Origin: Planctomycetota bacterium
GTDB lineage: Bacteria > Planctomycetota > UBA1135 > UBA2386
Direction of reading: 5' to 3'
NCBI GenBank assembly: GCA_965228735.1
Contig: OZ245838.1
Span: forward strand, 5,536,001-5,600,000
DNA length: 64,000 nt
Shown: positions 39,289 through 51,136 of the stretch, one piece after another
How the letters are laid out: every line of letters begins with the position of its first letter
Numbering within the stretch: position 1 is the stretch's first letter
Made by a program: the position numbers and the translations under genes
Notes under the pieces: model-generated
The model's input: the letters and a program-made list of their open reading frames with translations, nothing else
Told to the model about the DNA's origin: nothing
Database searches by the model: none

Positions 39289-41577
39289 TCAGCGGTCGCG
39301 GCACTCCGCGAGGATCCGGCGATAGGCGACGCGCGCTTCCTCGTAGGCGGCGGCAGCGGCCTCGCGGTCGGTCGCGCGGATGCCGTTGCGCTTGTTCTGC
39401 CAGCACCGGTCGACGGCCGCGAGGCACCACTCGGCGCTGCGCGCGTTGGCGCGCACCGGCTGACCGGCGACGATGACGAACACCGGGTTGCTGTGCGACG
39501 ACGGCAGGATGCGCAGCGTGACCCAGCTCGAGCGTTCGATCGCGACATCGAACCGGACGTCGCGCAGCTCGCCGTCCGCGACGATCTCCTGCCGCGCCAC
39601 GGGTTCGCCGTTCACGACGAGCTCGACCGGCACCTTGCGAGAGCCCGCGATGCGAGCGCGTTCGAGGTGCCAGTACGGCTTCTCGTTCCACGGCAGCGCG
39701 CGCAGCAGCTCGTCCGCTGCTGCCGGCAGTCGGGCTGCGACACGGGCCGTGACCGCGACCGTGCGGGGCGCTGTCAGGTCGAGCTGACTCACGGGTGCGT
39801 CGTCGTTCTTGCGGGTTCCGGCCACGAGGCCGTCCACCGCGAAGTCGAGCAGGTGGCTCATCCCGTCGGACACGTAGCAGCGGCCGTCCTTGATGCCTTC
39901 GGCCCAGGCGTCGAAGTCGACCGGGCCGGGCGGCAGCTTCACGTAGCTGCGGCCGAGGCCGACGCGCGAGTCGTAGATGCACGGGAAGTCGGTCTCGCCG
40001 CTGATCCGCGTGCGGTAGCCGCAGTTGATCACGTGGTACCAGATGTTGAGCTCCCAGATCGCAGGCGTGTCGACCGTCGAGATGAAGTCGACCGCGTCGT
40101 GGACGACGTCGACGACGAACTCGTTGGCGCCGATGCCGTCGAAGCGCGGCACGTTGTAGTTCGGCAGCTCGCGCCCCGGCACCTCGAGACCCCAGCCCGA
40201 GTGACTGAAGCCGGCGATGCCGCCCTGGCGCTTGGCCCACTGCAGCACCGGCAGATCCCAGCTCGGCCACTCCTCGATGCGCGTCGTGCCCGGGTAGTCG
40301 TCGTCCGCGAGCCGGATCAGCGACAGGTGGCCGGCATGCGACGACGGGAAGCCCGAGACCTCGACGTCGTAGCGCATGACGTAACGGTCGGTCGAGAGCT
40401 CGTGGTTCTGGCCCTGGAAGAACTGCTTCTGGTGGTACCAGCACGGACCCCACGACAGCACGCACCCGACGTTGAGATCCTCGCCGAGCATGTGACGCCA
40501 CATCGTCATCGGGTTGACGCCCTGCGCCGGGCTCTCGTAGTGCGAGCACCCGGCCGCGTGGATGTGGTGGTCGCCCGAGATCCAGCCGAGCTCCGCGAGG
40601 TGGATCCAGCGGCGCAGCCGGAACTCCTCCGTGTGCGTTTCCTGCGCCGGCACGGTGATGCGCCGGCGCTGGGTCGTGTACTCCGGGCCGCGCGTGATCA
40701 CGACGTCGTACTCGCCCGGCGGCAGCAGGACGACCTCACCGCTCTGGCGATAGATCTGGGGGTGAAAGAAGAAGTCGGGCGCGAGCCGGCGGCTCTGGGC
40801 CGGATACACGCGGCCGTGATCGTCGCGGATCTGGAAGCCGGCCGTCGTCGCCGAGCCGTCGATGTCGAGGACGGTGAGTTCGACCTTCACCGCGGGTGCG
40901 CAGCGGAACAGGATCGGCACCGCGTTGCGGAAGCCGATGTCCTGCGTGCCCTGGCCGACGTGGAACGAGAGGCGCGCCTCGCGCCGCCCCGCGTCGCGGG
41001 CGAGCAGCTGCACGATGCGATACTCGACGGCGAGGCCGGACAACCCGGGTCGCAGCGGTCGGCCGTCGAACATCAGCAGCTCGAGCCAGCGCTGCGTGAC
41101 ATCACTCGCGCTGATCGAGACCTCGGGCTCCGGGCTCGCGGTCGACCGCCGGTAGACGGGCCCCGCGTTGGGGCTCTCGCCGACGAGCTGCGCGGTCACA
41201 CCGGCGCCGTTGATGACCTTGACGAGGAACGTGCGGAAGCCGCCCTGCGCGAGGTTCGGCTCGGCCGGCCCTGCCGCGACCTTCACGCGGCTCTCGGCGT
41301 TGATGTCGACGACGGCGATCGCGTAGCGGTCGAGGACCTGCTGGATCCGTTCGATCGCGCTGCCGTGATCGCTCGAGCGCAGCGCGGTCTGCACGGTCGT
41401 GCGATCTGCCGCAGCGAGCGGCGCGCCGACCACGTCGAGGGCTTCGACGAGCCGCTCCGTCGCGGAGGCGAACGGTTGGAACTCGACGTCTCGCACGAGC
41501 GGCACGCTCTGGGCGCGCGCCGCGGTCAGCGCGAGGGCGAGGCCGACGATCGAGAACAGCAGAACGCGTGGCAGCAT
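39289..41577 (-). CDS. PHP-like (CehA/McbA-type) secreted metallohydrolase
   Basis: GGAGG RBS; signal ARA-Q; WISGDHHIH, HAGH, SHSG, GETDFPC, GRSYV, HSNPVFV. Confidence 0.8.
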   Translation of the reverse strand: MLPRVLLFSIVGLALALTAARAQSVPLVRDVEFQPFASATERLVEALDVVGAPLAAADRTTVQTALRSSDHGSAIERIQQVLDRYAIAVVDINAESRVKVAAGPAEPNLAQGGFRTFLVKVINGAGVTAQLVGESPNAGPVYRRSTASPEPEVSISASDVTQRWLELLMFDGRPLRPGLSGLAVEYRIVQLLARDAGRREARLSFHVGQGTQDIGFRNAVPILFRCAPAVKVELTVLDIDGSATTAGFQIRDDHGRVYPAQSRRLAPDFFFHPQIYRQSGEVVLLPPGEYDVVITRGPEYTTQRRRITVPAQETHTEEFRLRRWIHLAELGWISGDHHIHAAGCSHYESPAQGVNPMTMWRHMLGEDLNVGCVLSWGPCWYHQKQFFQGQNHELSTDRYVMRYDVEVSGFPSSHAGHLSLIRLADDDYPGTTRIEEWPSWDLPVLQWAKRQGGIAGFSHSGWGLEVPGRELPNYNVPRFDGIGANEFVVDVVHDAVDFISTVDTPAIWELNIWYHVINCGYRTRISGETDFPCIYDSRVGLGRSYVKLPPGPVDFDAWAEGIKDGRCYVSDGMSHLLDFAVDGLVAGTRKNDDAPVSQLDLTAPRTVAVTARVAARLPAAADELLRALPWNEKPYWHLERARIAGSRKVPVELVVNGEPVARQEIVADGELRDVRFDVAIERSSWVTLRILPSSHSNPVFVIVAGQPVRANARSAEWCLAAVDRCWQNKRNGIRATDREAAAAAYEEARVAYRRILAECRDR

Positions 41578-41642
41578 GAGCGAACCTCCGTGAGCGGCCC
41601 GACCATACCGCCGCCGGCCGGCGGTCCGCATCACCGTCCGCG

Positions 41643-43283
<1,641 letters not shown>

Positions 43284-43388
43284 GTCGCGGTTCTAGCCGG
43301 TCGGTTCCGCGGCGCCGACTGCGAACCTGCGGACGAGCCGCTATCATCACGCGTCTCACCGCTCTCCGTTCACCTCGAGATTGCCCCC

Positions 43389-44552
43389 ATGAACCCCCTC
43401 ACGTGTTTCGCCACTTCCGCCCTCGCCATCGGTAGCTGCGCCGGCGCGCTCACGGCCCAGAGTCAGGGCATCCAGCTCACGACCGGCGTCGACGGCGGCG
43501 TCATCTACCAGTACGACGACCGATTCATTCCGAGCTCCGGCATCACGGTCGAAGCGTGGATCACGTTCGACGACGCGACGATCCCCAACACCGGTCAGTT
43601 CTACTGGCCGACGATCGCGCGCATGAACGTGACGCCCAATCAGGAGAGCTGGAACTTCCGCGTGCAGTCCGCCAACACCGGCAACCGCGCCCTCTCGTTC
43701 ATCATCCGTGCGCAGAACAACGCGCTCTACAACGCGACGTACAACTTCGCGCCGGGCGAGTTCCTGCAGTTCACCCACGTCGCGGGCACGTTCGACGGCC
43801 AGACGATCAAGATCTTCAAGGACGGCGTGCAGGTCGCCACGAGCACGATCCCGGCCGTCAGCGCGATCCTCAACAACCAGGGCGAGCTGCGCGTCGGCAA
43901 CGGCGATGCCGTCGCACCCGGCAACGAGGCGTGGAATGGCATCATTGACGAGCTGCGCATCTGGCCGATGGCCCGCGAGGCCGGCGAGATCGCGGCGGCG
44001 ATGCCGTACCAGACCTGGTTCATGCCGGGCGGCGTCCTCGAGTTCGACTACGACGGCACCTACAACGAGTTCTCGAACGGCATCGTCGGCACGGCGTTCG
44101 GCACGATCGGGTTCGCGCCCGGCAACACCAACCTCGCAATCGTCGCGCCCAACTCCGCGGTCGTCGGCATGCCGACGAGCACGTGCGCGACCACTTCGGA
44201 GATCGCGCTCGGCAGCCTGCCCGAGCTCGGCAACAACGACTTCCGGGTCTGGTCGGTGCGCGGTCCGGTGAACTCCGGGTTCGGCATCGTCGTCGCCGCG
44301 GTTGCGCCCGCGCCCGCATCGCAGCCGCCCGTCGTCGGCGTCGACCTCGCGTTCGACCTCAACGCGGTGCTCGCGCAGGTGCTGCTGATCCCGCCGACGA
44401 ACGTGCTCGGCAACAGCTTCTTCAACCTGCCGATCCCGAACAACCCGGGCCTCAGCGGTGTGACGCTGATCTTCCAGTTCGGATTCGACGACGTGCAGTG
44501 CGGCCCGCAGGGCTTCTCGGCCGGCAGCGGGCTGTCGTTCTCGTTCATGTAG
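43389..44552 (+). CDS. Secreted LamG/concanavalin-like protein with recurrent C-terminal domain
   Basis: Signal LTA-Q; ITVEAWI, THVAGTFDG..IKIFKDG, WNGIIDELRIW; C-terminus 'PELGN...LPIPNNPGLSG...FQ'. Confidence 0.82.
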   Translation: MNPLTCFATSALAIGSCAGALTAQSQGIQLTTGVDGGVIYQYDDRFIPSSGITVEAWITFDDATIPNTGQFYWPTIARMNVTPNQESWNFRVQSANTGNRALSFIIRAQNNALYNATYNFAPGEFLQFTHVAGTFDGQTIKIFKDGVQVATSTIPAVSAILNNQGELRVGNGDAVAPGNEAWNGIIDELRIWPMAREAGEIAAAMPYQTWFMPGGVLEFDYDGTYNEFSNGIVGTAFGTIGFAPGNTNLAIVAPNSAVVGMPTSTCATTSEIALGSLPELGNNDFRVWSVRGPVNSGFGIVVAAVAPAPASQPPVVGVDLAFDLNAVLAQVLLIPPTNVLGNSFFNLPIPNNPGLSGVTLIFQFGFDDVQCGPQGFSAGSGLSFSFM

Positions 44553-44624
44553 TCCGCGTCCGCGGGTCGATCGCGGTATCCTCGGGCGTGGCCGGGCAAG
44601 GCGCTCGGCCGAGGAGCTCGACCG

Positions 44625-45560
44625 ATGCGCACCGTTCCCGCGACCCTCGTCGCACTCGTCACGCTGGCCGCGACCGCGGTCGGCCAGTCGCCGCTCACCA
44701 CGACCTACGCGGCGAACGGCGGCGGTTCCCCGGGTGGTCAGGTCATGTTCGATCTGACCGTTTCGACGACGGTGACGCTCACGCGACTCGACGTGCACGT
44801 GAGTGACTCGGGCGGCGCTGTCGGCACGGTCGAGCTCTGGCTCACGCCCAACACTCACGTCGGCAACACGACGAGCCCTGGCCCGTGGTCGCTCGCTGGC
44901 AGCGGCACCGTCATGTCGCGCGGTTTCGGTCGGATCTCGTCGCTCGCGCTGCCGGCCGGCGTCGTGCTCACACCGGGCAGCTGCGGCGTGGCGGTGCGCT
45001 ACGTGGGCCTGTCGTTCCTGCGGACGAGCGGCAGCGCGACCTACTCGACGACCGAGCTCACGCTGACGACCGGCGGCGTGCAGAACGTGCCGTGGGGTGC
45101 GTTCTTCACCCCGCGGCAGTGGAACGGCGCGTTGCACTACGAGGTGGGCAATGTGACGGGGCCGTTCGCGCTCGCCGAGACGAACGAGTTCGGCGTCGGT
45201 TGCGACGGACTCACGCTCGCTTCGACCGGCGCGCCGCTGCTCGGTTCGGCCGTGACCCTGACGACGTCGCCCGTCACGCCGACCGCAACGATCGGAGCGA
45301 CGGTCTACGGCCTTGCGCGCTTTTCGCCCGGCAACTCGCTCGCTGCGCTCGGTGCGCCCAACTGCTTCGAGCACGTCGCCACCACGGGCGTGAAGCTCGC
45401 GTTCTCGCCGGGCGCCTCGTTCCAGGACACGCTCGCGATCCCCGCCACGCCCGGACTGCTCGGCGCGGCAGTGTGCGCGCAATCGGCAGTATTCGATCCG
45501 AGCCTGACCGCGGGCTTCGCTACGTCGAACGGCATCGAACTCGTGCTCGGCAACACCTGA
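44625..45560 (+). CDS. Secreted protein with recurrent C-terminal domain (paralog of 32540-34276)
   Basis: RBS GAGGAG; QSPLTT...GGQVMFDLTV; FGVGC...PLLG...LGAPNC...IPATPGLLG...TSNGIELVLG. Confidence 0.75.
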   Translation: MRTVPATLVALVTLAATAVGQSPLTTTYAANGGGSPGGQVMFDLTVSTTVTLTRLDVHVSDSGGAVGTVELWLTPNTHVGNTTSPGPWSLAGSGTVMSRGFGRISSLALPAGVVLTPGSCGVAVRYVGLSFLRTSGSATYSTTELTLTTGGVQNVPWGAFFTPRQWNGALHYEVGNVTGPFALAETNEFGVGCDGLTLASTGAPLLGSAVTLTTSPVTPTATIGATVYGLARFSPGNSLAALGAPNCFEHVATTGVKLAFSPGASFQDTLAIPATPGLLGAAVCAQSAVFDPSLTAGFATSNGIELVLGNT

Positions 45561-45570
45561 CCACCCCCGT

Positions 45571-48500
45571 TCAGCGTTGGCACTCGATCGTCGTGAACGT
45601 CTCGGTCGTGCCGACTTCGACTTCGGTCGTGCCGCGCTGGCCGCCGCCGTAGACCTGCACGCGGTAGCGGCCCGGGGCGAGGCCGCGCACCGTGAACTCA
45701 CCGTTCTCGAACTCGAGGTAGTCGGTCGTTCTCGCCTCGCCGAGGCTCTTCACCTGGGCGCCGCCCTCCTGCAGGCCGCGGACCTCGACGCGCAGTGAGC
45801 CCGACCCGTTCGTGAGTGGCAGGACGAAGTCGTCGATGTCGGTCGTGCCGACCTCGAGCCGGACGTTGCGGTTGCGGTCGCCGAGCGCGACGGCGAGCGA
45901 GTGCGGGCCTGCGCCGAGTTCATCGAACTCGAACGTCAGGTCCTCGCCGATCGTCGTCTTGCGGCTCGAGCCGGTGGGCAGCATCGCGTGCACGACGAGC
46001 CCCGCCGCGGCGCCGTCGCCCGTGACGCGACCGCGCAGCGTGACGCCGGGGGCGATCACGGGCGCGATCTCGAGTTCGCCGTCACCCGCGGGCACCTCGA
46101 CCGGCCCGTGCACCGCCAGCGGGTAGTCGTCGTGCCGGAAACTCAGCGAGCAGCGTCCGGCCTCGACGCCCGTGATCTCGAACCGGCCGTTGTCATCCGT
46201 GAACGCCGCGGCCTTCCGGCGCGGACTGAGGATGCGGTTGAAGCTGTGGTGCAGCATGACCGCGGCATTCGCCACCGGCGCGCCCGTTCTGTCGTCGCGC
46301 AGCGTGCCGTGCAGTCGGGTGCCGTGGAACATCCGAACGAGCAGTCGATCCGGCGCGGGGTCCACGACCGCGGAGCCCGTCATGCGCGTGCGCGCGTAGC
46401 CCGCCGCCTCGACCTCGACGAACAGCTCCTTGCCGGCCTGCATCTGCCACTGCTGGATCCGGAACGCGCCGCCCGGGTCGGTGAACTCCATCGGCCGGAG
46501 GTCCAGTCGCTGCACGTCGCTGTTGGCCGTCAGCGAGACGGTGAACGACTCGATCGGGTCACCCGTGACGCCGTCGACCACGCGACCGGCGACCGCGGGC
46601 GCGGGCTGCATCACGAGCCGGAGGCCGCGGGGTGAACCGCTCACACCCTCGAGGATCGTTCTACCGAGATCGGTTCGGTGGCCGATCACATCGCACGGCG
46701 CGAGCGGCAGGCCGTCGACCTCGAACCTGCCGTCGGGCCCGGTCGTCGCGCGCTCGCCGACGCTCGCGCGCTCGGGCGGCAGGTCACGGCGGCGGCAGCG
46801 CACCGTGACACCGGCGAGTGGTTCACCAGTCTCGTCGACGACGACCCCGGCGATCGCGCGACCGACCTGCAAGGTGATCGTGTGGTCTTTGCGGATCTCC
46901 GGTGGCGTGATCGGCGCGCGGTGGCGCACGTAACCCGGCTTCTCCACGATCACGTCGAGCGGCTTCGAGGCGAGATCCGCAAGGACCTTGCGGCCATCAG
47001 TGCCCGTGTTGCCGCGACTCAGCCAGCCGCGATGCGGTTCGGGCACGATGTGAATGCTGGCGCCGACGATCGGGTCACCGTTCGTGTCGACGACGCGGAT
47101 CGTGACATCGTGACCCGGAACGAGCGTGATCTCGACGTCGTCGTCGCCGGTCTCCGCGACCGTGGTGCCGCGTTGGAAGCCAGGCTTCGTCGCCGCGAGT
47201 TCGTGGCGCGATCCCGGACTGGCGCCGTCGAGCTCGAACGTGCCGTCCGCCGCCGTCCGCGTGCCGCGGCCGAACAGACCCGAGCCGCGGACGTTGGCAT
47301 CGACGATCGGCGCGCCGCTCTCGTCGACGACGCGACCGCGGAACGCGGCACCCGGCTCCAGCTCGATGTCGAGCTCGTGATGCGCGACACCTTCGGGCAT
47401 GAAGCTCTCGATGAGCCGCTGGCGGTAGCCGCTGGCGGTGACGAGCAGCGGATAGCCGTCGCTCGGCGCGCGCAGCTGATAGCGACCGTCCGTATCGGAC
47501 TCGGCCAGCGTCGCGGGGAAGCCGTTGATCGTGAGTTGCGCCCCCGTAACGGGCTGCTTGTCCTTGTCGAGCACGCGGCCTGCGAGCGTGCGGTCGAGTG
47601 GCAGGATCCGAACGGCCAGCCCGACCTCGAGCTGACCCGCATCGAGCACCGCTGGGTCACACCACACGACCGCGTTCTGCTCGGCGGCGACCGCGCGCAC
47701 CGTCGCTGCCGCAGCGCGAGGTTCGCCCGCCCACTCGAAGCGACCGTCGGCGTCGCTCACGAGACGATGGGTCGACGTCGGTTCGGCGGACGTATCCGGG
47801 CCTTCGAACCACTCGAGCATGATCGGAAACTCCGGCACCGGGGTGCCGTCGTGGGTGACGCTGCCGCGGACGGCGAGCGCGCCGGCCTGCGCTTCGACGC
47901 GCTCGACCGGGTCGGCTGCGTTCGCCGTCGCCTCGGGTTTCGAAGTGACCGTGGCCGAGGCGGGGCCGCCGCGGTCGATCGCCGCCATCGCAGCGCCCGG
48001 GTTCGCACCGTTTGGCGCGCCCGGCGTCGGCGTCGGCTCGGGGTCGTGCGTCAGCACGAGGATGGTGGCGATGGCCGCGAGTGCGCACCCGCCGGCGATC
48101 AGACTCGTCTTCAGCTTGGTCATGAGCAACGCTCCGGTTGTGGCCGTGGCCGCAGTCGGGGTCGAGGTGGCCGCTGCTGCCGCCACGGGCGCGAGCAGTT
48201 CGGTCGGATGCCCGCCGACGAACGGCAGCAGCGCGAGCTGCCAGCCGCGGCGGTCGCCGTAGTCTTCGTCGAGGCGCTGGCGCAGCATCGCGATGCCGCG
48301 ATGCAGCCGCGAGCGCACCGTCGCGGCTGGCAGGCCGAGCCGCTGTGCGATCGCGGCGAGCGGCAGCTCGTCCCAGAACCGCAGCAGCACCGTGCCGCGG
48401 TACGGTTCGGGGAGTGCCAGCACGGCGCGCACGACGCGGCCGCGGTCCTCTTCGCGCTGCAGCACCTCGCTCGGGGACGGCGCGGCGCCGGTCGCGGGCC

Positions 48501-48753
48501 GGTCGTTCTCCTGGCTTCGGGCTTCGCGCCGGCGGCGCCGCAGGTGATCGAACGTCAGGTTGCGCGCGACCGTGGCGAGCCAGGGTCGCAAACGTCCCGG
48601 ATCGCGCGGCCCGCTCTCCCAGGCGCGCACGAGCGTCTGCTGCACGAGATCGTCCTCGCTCGCGTCGCCGCGCAGCAATGACCGCACGATGCCGCGCACG
48701 AACGCGCCGTGGGCGAGCATCGTCTCGGGGCGTGGCGGGGGCGTGGTCGACAT
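45571..48753 (-). CDS. ECF sigma factor fused to a TM helix and carboxypeptidase-regulatory-like repeats
   Basis: 'FVRGIVRSLLR...EDDLVQQT...WLATVARN', 'LPEPYRGTVLLRF...TVRSRLHRG'; TM 'LIAGGCALAAIATILVL'; many GxVxDxxGxP modules. Confidence 0.9.
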   Translation of the reverse strand: MSTTPPPRPETMLAHGAFVRGIVRSLLRGDASEDDLVQQTLVRAWESGPRDPGRLRPWLATVARNLTFDHLRRRRREARSQENDRPATGAAPSPSEVLQREEDRGRVVRAVLALPEPYRGTVLLRFWDELPLAAIAQRLGLPAATVRSRLHRGIAMLRQRLDEDYGDRRGWQLALLPFVGGHPTELLAPVAAAAATSTPTAATATTGALLMTKLKTSLIAGGCALAAIATILVLTHDPEPTPTPGAPNGANPGAAMAAIDRGGPASATVTSKPEATANAADPVERVEAQAGALAVRGSVTHDGTPVPEFPIMLEWFEGPDTSAEPTSTHRLVSDADGRFEWAGEPRAAAATVRAVAAEQNAVVWCDPAVLDAGQLEVGLAVRILPLDRTLAGRVLDKDKQPVTGAQLTINGFPATLAESDTDGRYQLRAPSDGYPLLVTASGYRQRLIESFMPEGVAHHELDIELEPGAAFRGRVVDESGAPIVDANVRGSGLFGRGTRTAADGTFELDGASPGSRHELAATKPGFQRGTTVAETGDDDVEITLVPGHDVTIRVVDTNGDPIVGASIHIVPEPHRGWLSRGNTGTDGRKVLADLASKPLDVIVEKPGYVRHRAPITPPEIRKDHTITLQVGRAIAGVVVDETGEPLAGVTVRCRRRDLPPERASVGERATTGPDGRFEVDGLPLAPCDVIGHRTDLGRTILEGVSGSPRGLRLVMQPAPAVAGRVVDGVTGDPIESFTVSLTANSDVQRLDLRPMEFTDPGGAFRIQQWQMQAGKELFVEVEAAGYARTRMTGSAVVDPAPDRLLVRMFHGTRLHGTLRDDRTGAPVANAAVMLHHSFNRILSPRRKAAAFTDDNGRFEITGVEAGRCSLSFRHDDYPLAVHGPVEVPAGDGELEIAPVIAPGVTLRGRVTGDGAAAGLVVHAMLPTGSSRKTTIGEDLTFEFDELGAGPHSLAVALGDRNRNVRLEVGTTDIDDFVLPLTNGSGSLRVEVRGLQEGGAQVKSLGEARTTDYLEFENGEFTVRGLAPGRYRVQVYGGGQRGTTEVEVGTTETFTTIECQR

Positions 48754-48818
48754 GACGGCGGGTCCATCATGCCCGACGTCAGCGGTCGCGAGAGCGTTGC
48801 CGAAAATCCGCCGCCGCC

Positions 48819-49658
48819 CTACTGCTTCGCCCGGACCGCATCCACGAACGCGGTGAGGCACGCGCGCAGGACCGGCCGCAGCGTCGCCGCGAGATCCTCG
48901 CGCCAGACGAACGGCGGCCCCTCCTCCATGTAGATCCGCTGGCTCATCTCGAGCTGCAGCGCGTGGACGCCGTTCTCCGGCTCGCCGAACGACCGCGTGA
49001 TGTAGCCGCCCTTGAACGGCGCGTTGGGCTGGAACGAGTACTCGCTCGCGCGCTGCACCTCGAGCACCTTCGCCGTGGCGGCCGGAGCGGCCGACTTGCC
49101 CTCGACGTCGCCGAGCATCAGCGCCGGCAGCTCACCCTCGAAGAACCGCGGCACGACGCTCGGGATGCTGTGCGCGTCCCACAGGCACGCGAACCCGAAG
49201 CGTTCACGCAGGGCGTCGAGCTCCCTGCGCAGGGCGTCGTGGTAGGGGCGCCAGTATCGCGACGTGCGGTCTCGAATCTCGCCTCTGTCGGGCTCGTCAC
49301 CGGACCGGTAGATCGACTCGTTGCCGAACGTCGACGTCGGCACGAGGCCGGTCTCGTTGCGCCCCGGATAGAGCGGCTGGCCGTCGGCCGGCCGGTTGAG
49401 GTCCACGACGTAGCGCGAGTAGCGCGCGTAGATCGTGCGCGCACCGAGCTGCGGGACGAAGTCGTAGAGCCGGTGCTGATGCCAGTCGGTGTCCGGCAGT
49501 TCTGCGACGGTCGGGCTCGCGAACCGCGCCGCGATGTCCGCGGGAACGTCGGTGCCCGTGTGCGGGATGCTGACGAGCAGCGGGATCGCCGCGGCTTCGG
49601 GTTCGCGCACGTAGAACGGCGCGTTGCCCGACGTCTCGGGGTCGTGTGATTCAGACAT
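48819..49658 (-). CDS. hutG: N-formylglutamate deformylase/amidohydrolase
   Basis: LVSIPHTG, DTDW, SRYVVDLNRP, YWRPYH, WDAHSI, FKGGYITR, HALQLEM. Confidence 0.93.
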   Translation of the reverse strand: MSESHDPETSGNAPFYVREPEAAAIPLLVSIPHTGTDVPADIAARFASPTVAELPDTDWHQHRLYDFVPQLGARTIYARYSRYVVDLNRPADGQPLYPGRNETGLVPTSTFGNESIYRSGDEPDRGEIRDRTSRYWRPYHDALRRELDALRERFGFACLWDAHSIPSVVPRFFEGELPALMLGDVEGKSAAPAATAKVLEVQRASEYSFQPNAPFKGGYITRSFGEPENGVHALQLEMSQRIYMEEGPPFVWREDLAATLRPVLRACLTAFVDAVRAKQ

Positions 49659-51045
49659 GCGGGCTCTCCCAGAGCTGGCCCATGGCGTGGCGGAACTCCG
49701 CGAGCAGGCGGGCGCGATCTCGGTGGACGCCGCCGCGAACCTGCCACACGCCGCCGACCATGACGTCGCGAACGGCCGACTTGCCGGCGCTGAACACGAA
49801 CGCGTCGAGCGCGAGATCGGTCGTCATGCCCGTGAGTCGTTCGTGCTCGGTGTCGAGCACGACGAGATCGGCCGCGAGCCCCGGCGCGAGCACGCCCGTC
49901 GCCTGATCGAGCGCGCTCGCACCGCCGGCCGCGCAGCGCTCCCAGAGTCGCCGGCCGAGGTGCGGGATCGAGGGCGTGGTCAACACCGCGCGGCGCTGCC
50001 GCAGCAGGCGGTGCTCGTACTCGGCCCAACGCAGCTCCGCGCAGGGATCGATCTCGATCTGGCTGTCGCTGCCGATCGCGAGCGCGCCGTCCTTCGCCAG
50101 GTACTCGGGCAGCGGGAAGTGACCGTCCCCGAGGTTGGCCTCGGTCGTCGTGCACAGACCGACGGTCGCGCCGCTCGCGGCCAGCGCGGTCACCTCATCG
50201 GGCTCGACGTGCGTGGCGTGGACGAGGCACCACTGCGAATCGACGCGCACGTGGTCGAGCAGCCACCGCACCGGCCGGGCGCCGAGGTGTTCGATACAGG
50301 CCTCGACCTCCGCGGCCTGTTCGGCGACGTGCATGTGGATCGGCGCCGCCTTGTCGACGGCGCGGACGCGCGCGACGACCGCTTCGAGGTCATCGGCCGC
50401 GACGGCCCGCAGACTGTGCGGCGCGATGCCGACGCGGCGGAGGTGCGGGCCGCGTTCGCGCGCGACGCGGCGAACGAGTTCGAAGTAGGCGTCGGCGTCG
50501 TCGTGCACGAAGCGCAGCTGCTGCGATTCCGGAGGCCGACCGAACCCGCCGCGCGAATACAGCACCGGCAGGCACGTCATCGCGATGCCCGCGTCGTCTG
50601 CCGCGGCGACGGTCTGCAGCGCGAGCTCGGCCGGCTCGTCGTAGCGCGTGCCGTCGGGCTGGTGGTGCAGGTAATGGAACTCGCCGACGCTCGTCATCCC
50701 CGCCTCGAGCATCTCGACGTAGCACCACGTCGCGATGGCGCGCAGCTGCTCGGGCGTGACGCGCAGCGCACACGAATACATCGCCTGCCGCCAGCTCCAG
50801 AACGAGTCGTCGTCGCGGCCGCCGCGGAACTCGGTTCGCCCAGCGATCGCGCGCTGGAAGGCATGACTGTGCACGTTCGGCATGCCCGGGATCGCGATCC
50901 CGCCGATGTTCGTCGTCGCGATCCCCGCGCCCGGTGAAGTCGCGACGTCGCGAATCACGCCGTGCTCGTCCACCTGCACGTAGCCGGGGCTGAGCCAGCC
51001 CGCGGGCCCGAGCAGCGCGTCGAAGGCGTAACACTGATCGACCAC
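49651..51045 (-). CDS. hutF: Formimidoylglutamate deiminase
   Basis: PGMPNVHSHAFQRA, SFWSWR, EFHYLHH, APHSLRAV, HVAEQ, TTEANLGDG, IGSDS. GTG start is inferred. Confidence 0.94.
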   Translation of the reverse strand: MVDQCYAFDALLGPAGWLSPGYVQVDEHGVIRDVATSPGAGIATTNIGGIAIPGMPNVHSHAFQRAIAGRTEFRGGRDDDSFWSWRQAMYSCALRVTPEQLRAIATWCYVEMLEAGMTSVGEFHYLHHQPDGTRYDEPAELALQTVAAADDAGIAMTCLPVLYSRGGFGRPPESQQLRFVHDDADAYFELVRRVARERGPHLRRVGIAPHSLRAVAADDLEAVVARVRAVDKAAPIHMHVAEQAAEVEACIEHLGARPVRWLLDHVRVDSQWCLVHATHVEPDEVTALAASGATVGLCTTTEANLGDGHFPLPEYLAKDGALAIGSDSQIEIDPCAELRWAEYEHRLLRQRRAVLTTPSIPHLGRRLWERCAAGGASALDQATGVLAPGLAADLVVLDTEHERLTGMTTDLALDAFVFSAGKSAVRDVMVGGVWQVRGGVHRDRARLLAEFRHAMGQLWESPHV

Positions 51046-51136
51046 GCCTGGACCATAGGCGGGGCGGACCTGGAGTGCACCGATTCTGCTACCTGGTCGG
51101 GTGCCCCCGCCCGCAGGCTCGTTCCCGGAAAGATCC

